This document shows positions 37,509-50,817 of a DNA stretch of 64,000 nt, piece by piece. The stretch is taken from assembly GCA_017654855.1 (NCBI GenBank), contig CM030336.1:2914001-2978000 (forward strand). The letters run 5' to 3'. Made by a program: the position numbers and the translations under genes. How positions within the stretch are numbered: the first letter of the stretch is position 1; each line of letters starts with the position of its first letter. This stretch comes from Podospora anserina (lineage: Eukaryota). Below the pieces are notes generated by a model. That model was not told the DNA's origin, made no database searches, and saw only the letters and a list, made by a program, of their open reading frames with translations.

Positions 37509-40500
37509 TGTGTCGAGCGCCGGTGAGGTTCGTGGACAGGCTGCGGCGAGGAGGGAGATGTTGGGCCTCCGCTAGGTGGTGGTGCAGACTGCGGCGCCGG
37601 ATCGATCGAGGGGTCGTGGTCAATCAGACAGGGGTGGGCACGCGACGAAGTCGCTGCCAAATCAGAAAGACAGCTTCAAGTCTCGAGGTGCGGCCGAGGG
37701 TGTTTTCAAAAGAGAGGGTATTTCGAACCAAGCCCGGGAGCGGAGACGGCGGGTGGTGAGATGTTGCGTCGTGTGAAACCGAGGGGGGGGAGCTTGAGCG
37801 CAGATAGCGGCATGTATGGATGTGGCGAGCCGAGCGAGATCTCGGGTGTTAAAAGGGCTGGAGGGCGGGCGGGGAGAGGGCGGTGGGATCAGTTGGCGAG
37901 GCGCTTGGCACTGGTGGGGAGCCGTGGATCTGAGGTGTGCACTTTTCGGGTTGTCCACCGACCGCCTGATGCCGCAAAGACGTCTAACTTTTGTTCTATT
38001 TGGAACCGTCCCTCGAGTCCCTGACTTTTGCGCGCAGAGCTTCTGTCACAGCAACCCGACTGACTCAATAGGCAGTTGAAGCGGTTTGTTGGTGTGGTGT
38101 AGCAGGACTTGTCAGTTTTTCTTATTGACCACCTCATGGTCTCACGGGCAGGTGCGCGCACCTCACCCTCCCCCACCATCACCTTCTCGATATTACTGTC
38201 AGATGTGCCGTTTCAGCGTGGGGGTGCCGGATGTACTGTCGTGATTGTATAATTCTCAGGACCGGCGGGACCGTTTTCTCGACCAAACACAACGGCCTGA
38301 GTGACAATGCCAGCTTCCGGTGTGCAGCTACCTACTTAAGCGGGGGCGCCGTTGGAGTCATCCAAGCCCTCGGTGAAGAAGCCAACCAACACTTCAGCCC
38401 CTCAACTGCCTTAAAAATCATCACAAGGTTTGAAAGTGTGCCAGCGATTCAGGTTGAGCACCATTCACCGACTTGAAAGGAATGGAATGCGCCAAGCTAC
38501 GGCCGGGGTTAAGGGAACTCCTTGGACTTCCCGCCAGCCATCGAGATGGCGATAAGAGATAAGCACGGGGTCGGAAGGGGGGCATGCGGGGTAACATCCA
38601 AGGAGGTCACTATCTTGAACAATTTCACCGCCACAAAACAACCCCAGCAAAAACATTTTTTTGCAGGGCAGAAACACCTTTCCGGGAAAGGCCGAGTTGA
38701 AGATTGGATTGAGCCCTCTGCCGATAAGGTGACTGATACCTACCCGGTGACGCCTCATGGACATATGCACAAAACGCCCTGCACCCCTCGTCATCCCTAC
38801 TCCCCGGATTTGCATGATGCATTTCGCAACCTGCATGCCCACGTTGTTGATATTCAACCACCTTTTGCTTTCCCCACACATTCCATCGGACTCTTGCTTC
38901 TTTGCCCGGTGACTTTGCTCCGCATCAACACCCCCACTCCCGTCCATCCCCTCACCATCTCCCTGAACATCGCACATCCGCTGAGAAGGCCGATGCGAGA
39001 GCGGTACTGCAGTGTCCGTCCATCTTGCAGCTGCTACCCTGCCTACACGAACCATGCCTTGAATCAAGTTGGACGTCCCGCATAGACTACCTCCTTCTTG
39101 CGCGTCCCCAGCCATCCATTACTGGCTGCCGAGTGTGGGGAGTGTGAGTGTGATCCGTCTGGAGTGCTCACCAACAAATCAAGGGGCAATACAGACCACC
39201 CCCAACGCAGATGCATGCAGCTAGGACACCCACTCCCTCCCCAGCCACGATAGTAGAGGACGGTTGACGCTTCTTCCACGCTTCACCGGTGTCTCAGCCG
39301 AGCCCGCAGCAGCCCAGCAACATATCGACAGCAGGCCCCTCCTCGTATTGGGCCTGGGCCTGTCGTCAGTTCTCACATCGCGCGGAATAAATCACCGTTT
39401 CACAGCTGTCCTGATACCTTTGCAACAGAGGTAGGATGGCCAAACATCCAGGTAGCATCCGTGGTGGCCATCTTTCTGTTTTCTTTTTGACAGAAAGATT
39501 GGCAGCTTGGTCTCATCTGATCTGATTTGTTAGCCGCTACATGTTCCGGTCCACCTCCATGCAACACTCTTCATCTCAGACATCACACCATCAAAGCAGC
39601 TCCTGTTCAACCACCCGACTACAAGTTTGACTATGCTTGATCCGGACAACAGCTTACCTCGCCGCCTTAACTCACCCACACAATTTGTCAACATCCCACG
39701 TCGCATGGGCGGACGAGACGCAAGACTGTCGCATTTTCTATCTGAGCTGAGCTGATCATGCAGGATTCTGGAAATCCCATAACCCATGACCCCCCCAAAG
39801 AGCATCACCCGCCCCTCTCGCGGTTTCTATTGCAGGACGGTGACGTAGTGTGTGCTCGTCATGATACCAGATATGTGCAAAATACAAGTTCACAAGCACC
39901 AAGAACTTACCCTATACGTTTCGCCCAAGTCCAATGTGCTTTGCTACACCTTTCCTACCTATATGGCTTCAAACGCAGAACCAAGTATCAGATGGCACCA
40001 GTTAACAAGGTAGGTCGTGGATATCATTCAAGAGCCTTTCTATTGATGAAGACCGTGAGGGTGGTGTGCCTCTCAATGAGATAGGATATCATCATATCAG
40101 CTGAGCTAAGACAAGTCTGCCAATATTCTACTACATGTGCATGAGAAAGCTATCTCCGTCTGGTTTAGCACCGTATGGCCTAAAAACGGAGTTTTACGGA
40201 TTCTTTGACGATTGTCTCGTGATTACATTTCGTGTAGGTATTCCTCGACGCCTCACAACGACCATCACAGTTTCTCGAGAAGCAACACAATATCATCAAT
40301 TCCGCACACGTGTCTACCTCTAGAATATAAAATCACACCATCATTCATACCAAAATGTCAGATGCTTGGCCGTCAAATGGGTAGATAGTCTGAGTTTTCC
40401 TCCAGGTCTTCACAACCGTGCCCCACGCCCTGCTTTCTGGTGTCTCGCCACTTTGTACAGGACGCCTGTTAGCAGCCGCGTGTCACCTACCACCTTGCGT

Positions 40501-40794
40501 GTCCTCGGGCCTATCCAACTTGTGACCGAGACCTGAAAGGGAGCTCTGCGCATATCTGGACACACCTACTCTTGTAGTACTGGACCGATGCCACGCACGC
40601 TGTTTTGTTTTCTATATAGGACATCAAATTCTGCTCAGAGCTTCAAGATCCCTTGTATCATGAGTGTACCTGAGGCAAGGTAGCTTGCAAAGCCAATCTA
40701 ACCACGTCTGCATAGACAAAAGGTCTCAACGAGTAACAGGCGGGAGATATGATTACCACATCCCTTCTTCGTATTGTAAAATCATTCTACCTGT

Positions 40795-42038
40795 TTACAC
40801 ATACACGTAGCAGAAGGGCGCCCCACTGACAGTGTTCATGCTGTCCTTGATCTTGATGGCCGGCTGGTGGGGCAAGACATCAATAAAGTCCTCCACTGTG
40901 ACGTTGGGACTGGGAGGGAAGTTGCCCCAGGTGCCCGTGCCAAAGACATCCTTGCGGTTATTGAAGTCGAGATTCTGCCAGATCCAATAGATTCGATCCA
41001 ACTGATTGTGATGGAACCAAAAGGCCGGATCATAGGGTGAGATGATTGGATCACGAGTGATGCCGCCGACGCCCCAGTGGCCACCTCCGTGAATGCCGAT
41101 GGGCTTTTCCGTTGTCACTCTGGGGTCGCCCTCCTTTTTGTCTTGTCAGCAACTTCAATCGCCGGGTTGCCCGAAAGGACAAGGCAGACTTACCAAGAAC
41201 CCTTGGAACTCCCGTATGTTGTCATAACCGAGGATAAGCTCAGTGCTGTTGCGGAAAGTAGACCACCTTTGGAGAGGGTTCGTGTTCAAGTCTCTGTCCA
41301 AGCACCTAGGATTATTGCCGTAGACCGTCTCGTTGGTCCAAGGCGTCCCATCGAGAGGGAAAGGCCCGAGCCTGACCACCGTGTCATTGAACGGACCCCT
41401 CTCGACGCATCCGCCGCCAGTGCCGGGAGGGAACACAACCCGAATGGGTTCGGGATCGGGCCCGCCAATGATGTCCAGAATGAAGTCTGGCCTTCCGGGA
41501 ACAAACACTCCGTCGCTGCCAATGGAAGTATCGGAGCCGTCGAAAAGGGGGCTGCCTCTCATGTTGTTCACGTCCAGGCCCCACTCCCAGTAGGGTAGCC
41601 CTTGGGTCCACCCGCACTCTGTCTCGAGGAGGGTCTCGTAGGTGAAGAGAAAGTAGCGATGCCAAACCAAAAAGGTGGCACTCATGTGGACGAAGAATGT
41701 ACGCCATGCGTGAGCATAAGCGAGGTCATCCCAGAGAGTGATGGCTCCCGGGACGGTGCCGTCTTTGGGAAGGACAGAGGGTTTGCCTTGAAGACACTTG
41801 ACCGCGGCAACAAACTTGCGGCGGTCGGCCTTGGAGAGAGTGCGCCATTCCCGACGGTACTTGATTTTGGTCGGGGTGCAGGTGCCGCCAGTCCGAGTCA
41901 GGGCGCTGAGAGTAGCAGGGCATTCAGACCCTTGAGGGCAAGACCGGAGTCAATGGCAGCTTGGGCATAGTTGGGAATGTTGAGAGGAGTTGCTGTGGCA
42001 AGGCCGGCGGCGAAAAGAAGGGCGGAGAGGAGCTGCAT
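40795..42038 (-). pseudogene. Secreted tyrosinase / type-3 copper protein with a 1-nt frameshift near 41915
   Basis: Signal peptide MQLLSALLFAAGLATA; after the shift CTPTKIKYRREWRTLS..., CuA HAWRTFFVHMSATFLVWHRY, LPYWEWG, CuB GIHGGGHW...SPYDPAFWFHHNQLDRIYWIWQ; one intron ~41192-41134. Confidence 0.85.
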
Positions 42039-43324
42039 GTTGCAAGATGCTTGAGGGATGAGAAAGAAGGGATGGAGAGTGCAGAGAAAACACAAACAGC
42101 TGGAGAAGATGGTCTTGAAATACTATTTTTGCTTTCGTCATCCAAAAGGCAAAAGTGGTGAGATTCAGGGGTTATTCTGACAGGTGGGCCGATCCTTGCC
42201 CAATTCTCACCAGGTATCCTAGATATCACGTCTTCTTGCCGGCCGCGGCAACTTTCTTTTACATGTTCTATCTTGTCTATTGGCAAATAACGTGGCAGTA
42301 TGCCAGTTGTGGTGTCCTGCTTACTTCCAAGAGATGCAAAGAAGGTAACATTACCTATTTGTTGGCCGTTAGTGGACAGCCCTGCATAGTATTTCCTGCA
42401 AGGCCCGACAAGCGAGTCCACAGAGAAGACCTAACCATAGTTGCATCCCAGATGGTAGCGGGCGCCTCGCAAGCATGGGCTGGAGTAGAATAAGATGCAT
42501 TGCTGGTAGTGTGTGCAACCGAAATAGACGTTACACGTACTGACTGTGCTTTGTCTTTGACGGCATGTTAGGTAACACACGTACGCTGCTTCGGTTTAGA
42601 TGCCCGATAGGTCGCAGAATGCGTCCCATGTCACCAACTGACCTTGGCCTTCTTTTTCGTGAAAATTTTTTCACGTTCGGTTCTGGTGGTCAGACAAAAC
42701 ACATGGTACGCACGGCTCGTTGGGCCTCAGAGCAGCACTATGGTTTCCTGGGCGTTCTTGTGTAATGGAGACGATGTGGTTGTTGATGAGGTTTATCTTT
42801 CCTCCCAGAGCTTCTAGCATGGCCTTTGTATTACTTGAGCGTGGCGGCTGACGTGCAACCAATGAAAAGGACCATGATGATCACAGACATGACCAGGTTT
42901 TGGAATCATCGACAGGGACTTGAGAAACCTCAAAACGTCTTCTTTTTTAGATGTTAACATGAGGCAACAGCATATAGACTAAGGTATAGAATAGAACATC
43001 GGTCAACTCGTGTCAAGTCAGGGAAGCGAATAGGCATCTAAGTAGCTTGACACTGCAAATGAAGAAAAGCACCATGACCAAGGACATGCTGCAGTTGAAA
43101 CGATTGTGAAGATATCAGTGCAAAGTGGTGTAGGTACCTAGGTAGGTAAAGACTGTGAGAGAAGAAAACCGAAAATAGTCCAAAGAGAGATCATCAGACC
43201 CGTCCAGTTCAAAATACTTGTTGCCAATTAGTTCGCCTGCAATGTGGATTGTAGCCAGTATGAGACTGATCATAACTTCTTGCCTGTTGTGTCGACACAT
43301 GATCATGACCATTGTTTTCCACTA

Positions 43325-43832
43325 CTAACCAGTGATGGTAACAGAAAGACCACCACACTGAATGCTGGTTCGGAGCCTGAATGCGAGAATTGTTAGCAGT
43401 TGTATCACCTCATCGGCTCATCAAATATATGGAAACATACCACCAGTTTACACTCCCTGTGAGAATATTAGCATGGCAATACAACTTACCAAGAGCTAGT
43501 TTCAATGAAGACTCACAGGATTCGCACTCCTCGGCGCTAGCAACAGCGCAACCACACGGTCCCGTGTCGCCATGGACACACATACGTCCGATTGCTGCCT
43601 GATGGCATCCACCACCACGGCTGCAAAGATCAGCAAGTCTGCCGCTGGGCTTCATGGGATCATCCCAACGGCCAGCATCATTGTTGTGGACGCAACCGCA
43701 GGCCAAGAGAGCAGCTTCGGCCGCGGCGGTGGTATTGAACTCAATGTCCTTGGCTTCAAGCTTAACCTCGGTGGCGGGCATGGCGATCGCAGCCTGTGCA
43801 AAGGCAGCAAAAGACAGCCAGATAGTCTTCAT
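43325..43832 (-). CDS. Small secreted cysteine-rich protein
   Basis: Signal peptide MKTIWLSFAAFAQAAIA; CGC..C..C..C..CGC..C; two introns flanking a ~16-nt micro-exon give the C-terminus WSVNWWLRTSIQCGGLSVTITG*. Confidence 0.75.
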
Positions 43833-45998
43833 GTTGATGGTTCAGGGGTTGAAATCTTGAGTATCTAACTGTTGCAATGTTGGGTTTTGGGCCTGCTGGT
43901 TGACCTTGAGTTGACGAATCCACTTTCTGAGGAATGATTAGGGCTACTCATAGAAAAGCCTTGGGCACCTGTTCTTGTTTTCGTCCGTTATCTGAGAATT
44001 GTTCTCATCAAGTTGTTGGCATTTTCGTCCAGGCTTCATGATCCTACTCAATCTTGATCCAGCCCACCCATCAAGTCGTTTGACTGAATTGCTTGATAAC
44101 GTCAGGCCTTTGTTGCACAGAGCGAGGTGCTGTTGGAGAAACGTTTGCTGCAATTAGAAGGTGATAGAAATTTCCTGTCCCTTGTGGAACCATGTCCTTG
44201 ATTCATGCTAAAGACGGTGCTGTGCCGTTGGCAATTAATAGTTACTAGTTTGTTCCAAGAGAGGATCAACAGTAATAACACATTGTCATGCTGAGAGATC
44301 CTGCGCTTGTACTGTGTATGCGGTGCCACGGTGAGCCCAAATGTCAACTACCCTGGTCTCCAGTCAATATACATGATGAGCAACATTGTAAAATCACACG
44401 CTGACCTTACCGCGTATGGTCAATATCTACTTGGTCAGTTGCTTTCTTCGCTTGTACTACCAGCTGTTGGAAGACGCATCTTTCTAAAGTTGTGTGTTAC
44501 GCCTAGAGTTTAGGTCTAGCTAAAGATCAAAGATCAAGAAAAGGACAGCATTGCCAATCTCAACTATTTTGTTAGGCACACTAACTGGACCAAGTCAGTA
44601 CATGCGGTTGGACAAGCCCGGCGGAGAATGCCGACGGGAATCACTGAAACCAGCTGGGAATTTGCCACAACCAACATTGGGGATCAAGAACCATGTGATG
44701 TTCAAGATGCTATATTTGCAGACAGGCCATGATCCTTCTCTGTAATACGTAGCACAGAAGGATGGGGACTCGAATTGCAAGAAAACGAAGGAGAAACGTA
44801 AGTGTCATGAACTGAATGCCCTTGCATGATTTGATGGGGACGGGTCAACCAAGGTACATGGAAACAAAAAGGAGTAGCTGGCTTTGGCCGACTCCAACTA
44901 CAACGCCTTTTCCTACGTGATCGCACTCAGTGGAAGGATAGATAAAGGACCAAGCGTGGAAGGCAGAATAACTCGGAATGTTTATTTCAGGAAGGGGAAG
45001 AGAGTGATGATCCATAGACACCTTACCTGCGATATGTAAAAGCAGCACAGAAGAAGCGAGGCTGAGGGTGACTAAAGCTTGTATATCAGTTGACCCGATA
45101 CTAACAATCTTCATCCTTGCCCGGAATCTTCCATCTATCACGTCTTATTCAGCACTTTGAGCAGAACCGGGAGCTGGGAACCAAACATGCGCAGGGTCAC
45201 CCCTGTTTCGGGAACAGTCTTGTCTCCACCCCCTTCTTCCCCGGTCCAACAGGTGTGGGGACAATGCGACGTCAAGGCGGAATGGCAACAACCTCCCCCT
45301 TCAACATCTTTCGAGATTGCATCCACAACGACTTGGCTAAATCTATCCATACTAAGAGGCACTGACAGCAGTTTCAGCACGGTTTGCAAATTCGGGAACC
45401 GCAAAAGAATATCGGAGCCTCAGTTCAACATACCTAGGTATTCAGTCTATCAACTGCTTCTGCCAGATTGTTGTTGTTTTTTGGCTGTCCGTGCGGAGTG
45501 CAAGATCTCCCACAAGACATGACATTCCAGGGGCTCCACGCACCACATCAGACGACGGGGTTCGGTGGACCTGCGGTTCTCGTGTACTTCATCACTTGTT
45601 GGACAGATATGTTCCCCATTCAGATCGCCGTGCAGAACGATCTCCTTCTCTCAAACATTTCTTGTTTGGCTGCACATGTCAGATCCTTGCCTTGGCCGAT
45701 GCTCCAGCATCTTTTTCGTTATCTGAGACGTGGAGCTTGGGTGCAGATCATGCCTGGGGCCTTTTGACAGTGAGTAATTCAGATGAATGAACAAGAGTTG
45801 GAATAGTTTAAAGCTCTCGGAAAGTCTACCCGAGCCGTGTTTTCTTGTCCCGGTGTGCTTTCCTCTCTGCAATCAATCTCCAAGCTCAACCCGACTCGAT
45901 CTTCCTCTTCCAGCAAATTGCTCCTTGTCTTTGATCTTGAATAATCCCTCCCGTCAGGCTCCATTTGATCTGATCTGTCTCCACCCATACCAGCCACA

Positions 45999-47327
45999 AT
46001 GAACCAGTTCCGTCTTGAACCCAAAATTGACTACGGGCCCCAGCTCAACGTCACCGTCTGGCTCCTTATATCAGTCTCGGCCATCTTCCTCTTCACGCGT
46101 CTCTACCTAAAGAACTGCCAGAACCGTGGCCTGTGGTGGGATGATTATTTCCTGCTAGGCTCCTGGGTCCTCCTTGCTGCCCAGGCCGGTCTTATTTCTG
46201 ACGTTGTCGGCTTGGGATACGGACGCCAAGTCATCCCAATGGAAAAGTTTGCTTTCTTTCCGATCAGAGTGAATGTTCTCTCAACATTGTTGATCATCGC
46301 CAACTTATGGGGCAAAACGAGCTTTGCGTTGACACTGCTTAGAATCCCCGAGCGCTGGGTGAGGGTTGGTGTCTGGACCATTCTGATCTCGTTGACGGGG
46401 ACGCTGGTGCTAAGTGCAGTCATGGTGTGGATAAGCTGTCTTGATATCAACTTGAGGGGGAGGTGTGTTCCGGTAGAGGTGTCGTTGCGATACAACATTT
46501 TTTCGTGCGGTAAGTGAACCCCCCTCAAACAGAGCAGCAGGCAATACTGACCGAGTTGTTCTCATAGTATTTTCAGCTACGATTGACGTTGTACTGGCGT
46601 TCTTACCATGGAAATTCTTGTGGGGCCTGGAAATGAGTATCAAAGAAAAAGTTGGCGTTATGATTGCAATGAGCATGGGAGTTTTGTGAGCACCCCTCTG
46701 CCCACGGAGAAAAGGCATGACTGACAACCACCACAGCGCAGGCGCAGCAGCTGGTATCAAGTCTGCCACTCTCCCTGCCGTTCATAATGGGATCGATCCA
46801 AGTAATTACCCACACCTGCTGTTCAAAGCACCCATAATTGACTGATAGCCTTAGCTGCCAGTGTGCCATTGTTGATCTGGGGAAACGCCGAAGCAGCTAT
46901 CTGCATCATGGCTGCATCCATTCCCATCCTCCGAGCACTCGCCAGAGGCACCTGCCGCGGCCAGGTACCCCACGGATATGAGACATACGAATATAGGTCA
47001 GCTGGCATGTCAGAGCCCAGGCTTGCGCGGTCAACATTCAGTAGAACTGCAGTCATGTCTCTGGCATTGCCAATCCAGTCGCCACCCGCGTTGTATTCTC
47101 AAAAGGCGCCCCATGTTAAAGAGGCCGATAATTTGGACGACACCCTGACAAGCGGAAGTCCCGTGCAGTCATTAACGCGCAAACACAAGTCCGAAGAGGA
47201 CGATGCTGACAGCTTCGAAATGACCAACTACGGGCAAAGCCGTTCACAAAGTCCACAGAGCATACATACTACCGATAGGCCGCAGAGCCCGTTGGACTTT
47301 GTTGGGCGGAACCCAGTCCCGCGATGA
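45999..47327 (+). CDS. PTH11/SAT4-like integral membrane protein (fungal rhodopsin-like domain)
   Basis: TRLYLK...RGLWWDDYFL, GYGRQ, WGKTSFALTLLRI, DVVLAFLPWK, KEKVGVMIAMSMG, LIWGNAEAAICIMAASIPILR; four exons. Confidence 0.88.
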
Positions 47328-47693
47328 GCGGGCACGATGACAAACCGTGCGTAAAAAGGACGAAGAAACTCGGCGCACGCTGCTACATGAGCCCAGCTGC
47401 GACTTGAAAAAGGCTCCGACACGTCACGAATCGGCAGGTGAGAGGGGCAGATTCTTATGGCCAAATGGATGCTGATGAAAAGCCAGAATAGATGGACGTT
47501 TGATGATCGGTATGCGATTCTGAGGCAGATGGCCAGGTGGCGCCAACGCTCCCTTGAAAATCCGGCCCAAGAGTCTAGAATGTATGTTGAGCACCTGGAC
47601 ACAGTGTCGATCCAGGTACCAGGAGAGGTGCTGAGATGACGGTCAAGATTGCATTTGCAGGCGGTAGATCTTGAGATGAGGATATCAAGTATA

Positions 47694-48278
47694 TTAATCA
47701 TCGAAATGGCTAGCCACATGGTGCGCAATGGCTGTTGCATCTCCAGTGAAGTCGTTGCAAACAGGACAAGTGGATGTCTGCTGCCCCGCCACAGAGAATT
47801 CGTCGAATGACTGGGCAGTGTCCGCAGTTGCTGTCGCTGACCCGCTTCTTTTTCCTCCACGCTTTGGTTTGGCGGGCTTGATGTAAGCATCCAGTCCAAC
47901 CTGTTCCGAGGGTCTTTCCTCTTCCCGCCAATCTGTCGGCCCGGCATGATATCTTCCCCTCCCCCTACGTCCACCTCTCTCTCTGATGTCAAACTCGGTT
48001 GTTGGAGCTCCCTGGTCTGGTAGCGCGTCATCGCCGCCAGCGCCAGCGGTTGATGATGTTGGTGAAGATGCCATGCTCTGTACTCTCCCGACGCGGCCGT
48101 CAACAAGCCTGACCTTGATGCCGCGATGATGTTCCCCTTTGGTCAGCACATCCTTGACAAGTCCAGACACGGTGCGACCTGTGGGCTGGTCAACTTTGAG
48201 CACGATATTGACCGGCGCGCCCGGGATGACCTCCCTGGTTGAGGGGACTCGTCGTTGGGATTGCTGATGGCGATGCAT
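47694..48278 (-). CDS. YwbE (DUF2196)-like protein with C-terminal UBZ-type zinc finger
   Basis: VNIVLKVDQPTGRTVSG..DVLTKGEHHRGIKVRLVDGRVGRVQ; CPVC...HVASHF. Confidence 0.85.
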   Translation of the reverse strand: MHRHQQSQRRVPSTREVIPGAPVNIVLKVDQPTGRTVSGLVKDVLTKGEHHRGIKVRLVDGRVGRVQSMASSPTSSTAGAGGDDALPDQGAPTTEFDIRERGGRRGRGRYHAGPTDWREEERPSEQVGLDAYIKPAKPKRGGKRSGSATATADTAQSFDEFSVAGQQTSTCPVCNDFTGDATAIAHHVASHFDD

Positions 48279-48482
48279 GGGCAAGGAGAGGATGTGGAAA
48301 AATTGGCAAGTGTTGGTTGGTTGTCGGGATGATCAAACCAGTGGTGGGGAGGGTGATGGGAAGAACTTGGCGCGGCAGTTGATGTGGGTCTCACAATATA
48401 TGCATTTATGAAAAGTTGGGCACCGCTAGATCAATATTTGCCATTCACTTGACTCCACCCCCGGCAATTCACTCGGTTGCTC

Positions 48483-50280
48483 TTAAACAGAACTCACAAC
48501 CTCTTTCTCACCCATCTTTTTCTCATCCCCGAGCTCGGAATCGCCCTTGTCAAAACCCTCCGCGGCTGAGATGATGTCCGAATCTTCATAAATCGTTGCG
48601 GCAATATGTGTCTCTGGAGCAGGAAAAAAATAACTCAGGCCGATATATACCAAAAACGCACTTGTGTATCCCCAGAAATAAAACATGAAATAAAGCTTAT
48701 CGGCGTCCCCAATCGTGCCTTTGATCGACGGGTCAACAGAGGCAGCCCTGGTTGTGATTTGGTTAGTCACATCGCAGTTCTTTATTGAGCAGATACACTT
48801 ACATCCCAGGGATGCTGGGCACGACACTGATCAAGAATGCCACCGCTGCCCTCCAGTTCGTACCCCATTTGTTGAACCGGTACCTTCCATGTGCTCGGTA
48901 TAGGCCCGGAATATCATACATTTGCTTTTGTACAACCCAGTAGTCTGCGCTGAGCATTGCTGCAATCGGTGCCAGGAAAATTCCCAATCCCGCCATGAAT
49001 GCGAGGAGAGACTGAGCAGAGTGGATAATCTTCCAAGGCTGCATGACCCAGCCCGCAATTACTGTCGTGATGATAACTCCACGTCTGATGTTGAGGTACT
49101 TGGGCCAAAGACACATGATGTCGTTGGCACAGCTGATGACATTGGCAGAAAGATTGGTACCAATCTGGGCTACTACCCAGCAGAGCCCTACAAAGAAGGC
49201 GCCAGCCCGACCAGAGGGGCCGTCCCAGTGAGAAGCAATTTCGAGAGGATCCCAGATGTACTAGAACACGTCAGCCGAGAACCGAATTGTGGAAGAAGGT
49301 GCGTGTACCTTTCCATAAACAACCTTGGAAGCAGAGCAGCAGATGATGCCGAAGAGTCCCAGCATGAGCTGGATGCCTGGCAAAAAGGCAACTTGCCAGT
49401 AGACACCCTTGTCTGCTTTGAGATACCGTGTGAAGTCGGGTATGTTGGTCGCCATTGTTGCCCAGCCGCCGGTGATGGAGGACAGAGAAGACAAGATCAG
49501 CCATGATCTATCCGTGCCATGAACACCATACGGAAGGTTCCAGATATCCCCTGCACCACCAGCCTTGGACGTCATTGTGATGACCACGGCAACCGAGGTA
49601 GTGATGACAAGCACTAGAGGTCATTAGCAGAGATTCCTACCAAGAGTCGTTTACTTACCACACTTGGCTACAAAGAACCACTTGAGCTTGTGCGGCGGGA
49701 TGAGCAGGATAGGAAACTGCACCAGCCAGAAGATCAAGTGCGATATCATTCCCTGCGTGGTGATTCCAACACTATCTGGAATGTTGTTGGGAATGTCGAG
49801 ATAGGATGGCCAAATGGATCGGATGATCTGTGTCATGGCAGTCGATCCGGTGTAAGTCTGAATAGCATGCCAGAACAAGGCCGTGATAGCCCTCGTCACC
49901 ACTGCAAATCGAGAGAAGTACCAGCCAAACGAGGCTCTCATGGCGACGGGAAAGGGGATATGAAGCCGAGCACCGACCATGCCATTCAACACCAGGGGAA
50001 CAGTGCAGACGAGACTGCCAAAGATGATACAAACAATGGCCTCACGCCAGGTGAGCCCGAGAGCGATGATGGAAGCGGGTGCCATCCAGCTTTGGGCGTT
50101 GAGTGCATCACTGAACCAGTATCCAAACATGGTCCATGCCGACCAGGTCCGACGATTGAGGGGGGTGACATCGCAGTCAACGTTGGTCCAGGCTCCAGGG
50201 TCGGCAAAGGAAGTGGTCTGACGAGGTAGAACCCAACCTTGCCTGGTGGTTTTGGACTTGATTCTTTCGTGGAGCGTCAT
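48483..50280 (-). CDS. NCS1 (Fur4/Dal4-type) nucleobase/allantoin permease
   Basis: WTNVDCDVTPLNRRTW, HIPFPVAMRASFG, NIPDFTRY, GTNLSANVIS, PKYLNIRRG, QPWKII, ADYWVV; four exons splice in frame. Confidence 0.93.
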
Positions 50281-50436
50281 GGTGGCAAGGGTGTAACCAA
50301 GACTGCAGTGTTGCTCTGCTTGGGAATTGTAGAGGTGAGACATGATGCCAATTTATGTCCGAGCCATCGACGATACCGTCGAAGCCCACGGTTGAGCCCG
50401 CCATCCGGCATGGTGAAACTGTCTTGCTGGTGATGA

Positions 50437-50754
50437 TGATAGCAACCCCGCAAGGGCGCCGGCGGCCAAAAGATTGCAGAGATGGCCGCCGGGTCAAGAT
50501 AACATAAGCGATGCCTGTGTTCATCTTTGCCATTGTGGTAATGACAGTGATTGGACAGACGCTGTGGGGTGCGGGGAAACTCTTATCATGGGAGATGTGT
50601 TTATAAGGTGCGGCTGACCGACCACGAGGAAGGGAGTGTGTTGTGTTGACCGGCGGCCCCACAGACCGCACCGCCGGCCATTCAAACGCCGGCCATTCAA
50701 ATCTCTTGCTCCTGCCAGATAAGTCGGATATAACGGTTAGTTCTTGCAAGATAA
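50437..50754. promoter_or_regulatory. Cluster of HGATAR sites (AreA/NIT2-type nitrogen regulation) in the divergent permease/hydrolase promoter
   Basis: TGATAG ~50437, AGATAA 50497, TTATCA 50583, AGATAA 50717 and 50749; 15-bp direct repeat CGCCGGCCATTCAAA x2 at 50672-50701. Confidence 0.55.
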
Positions 50755-50817
50755 GATGTTTGGCAAAGACTGCGCCCTCGAAGTTGAGCCAGCCATTTCT
50801 GGTCGACTTGCACCACC

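Noticed and set aside
38000-40700. ORFs of 187-216 aa (38465-39115, 38522-39085)
   Set aside because: No recognisable motifs, overlapping on both strands; likely intergenic or regulatory DNA
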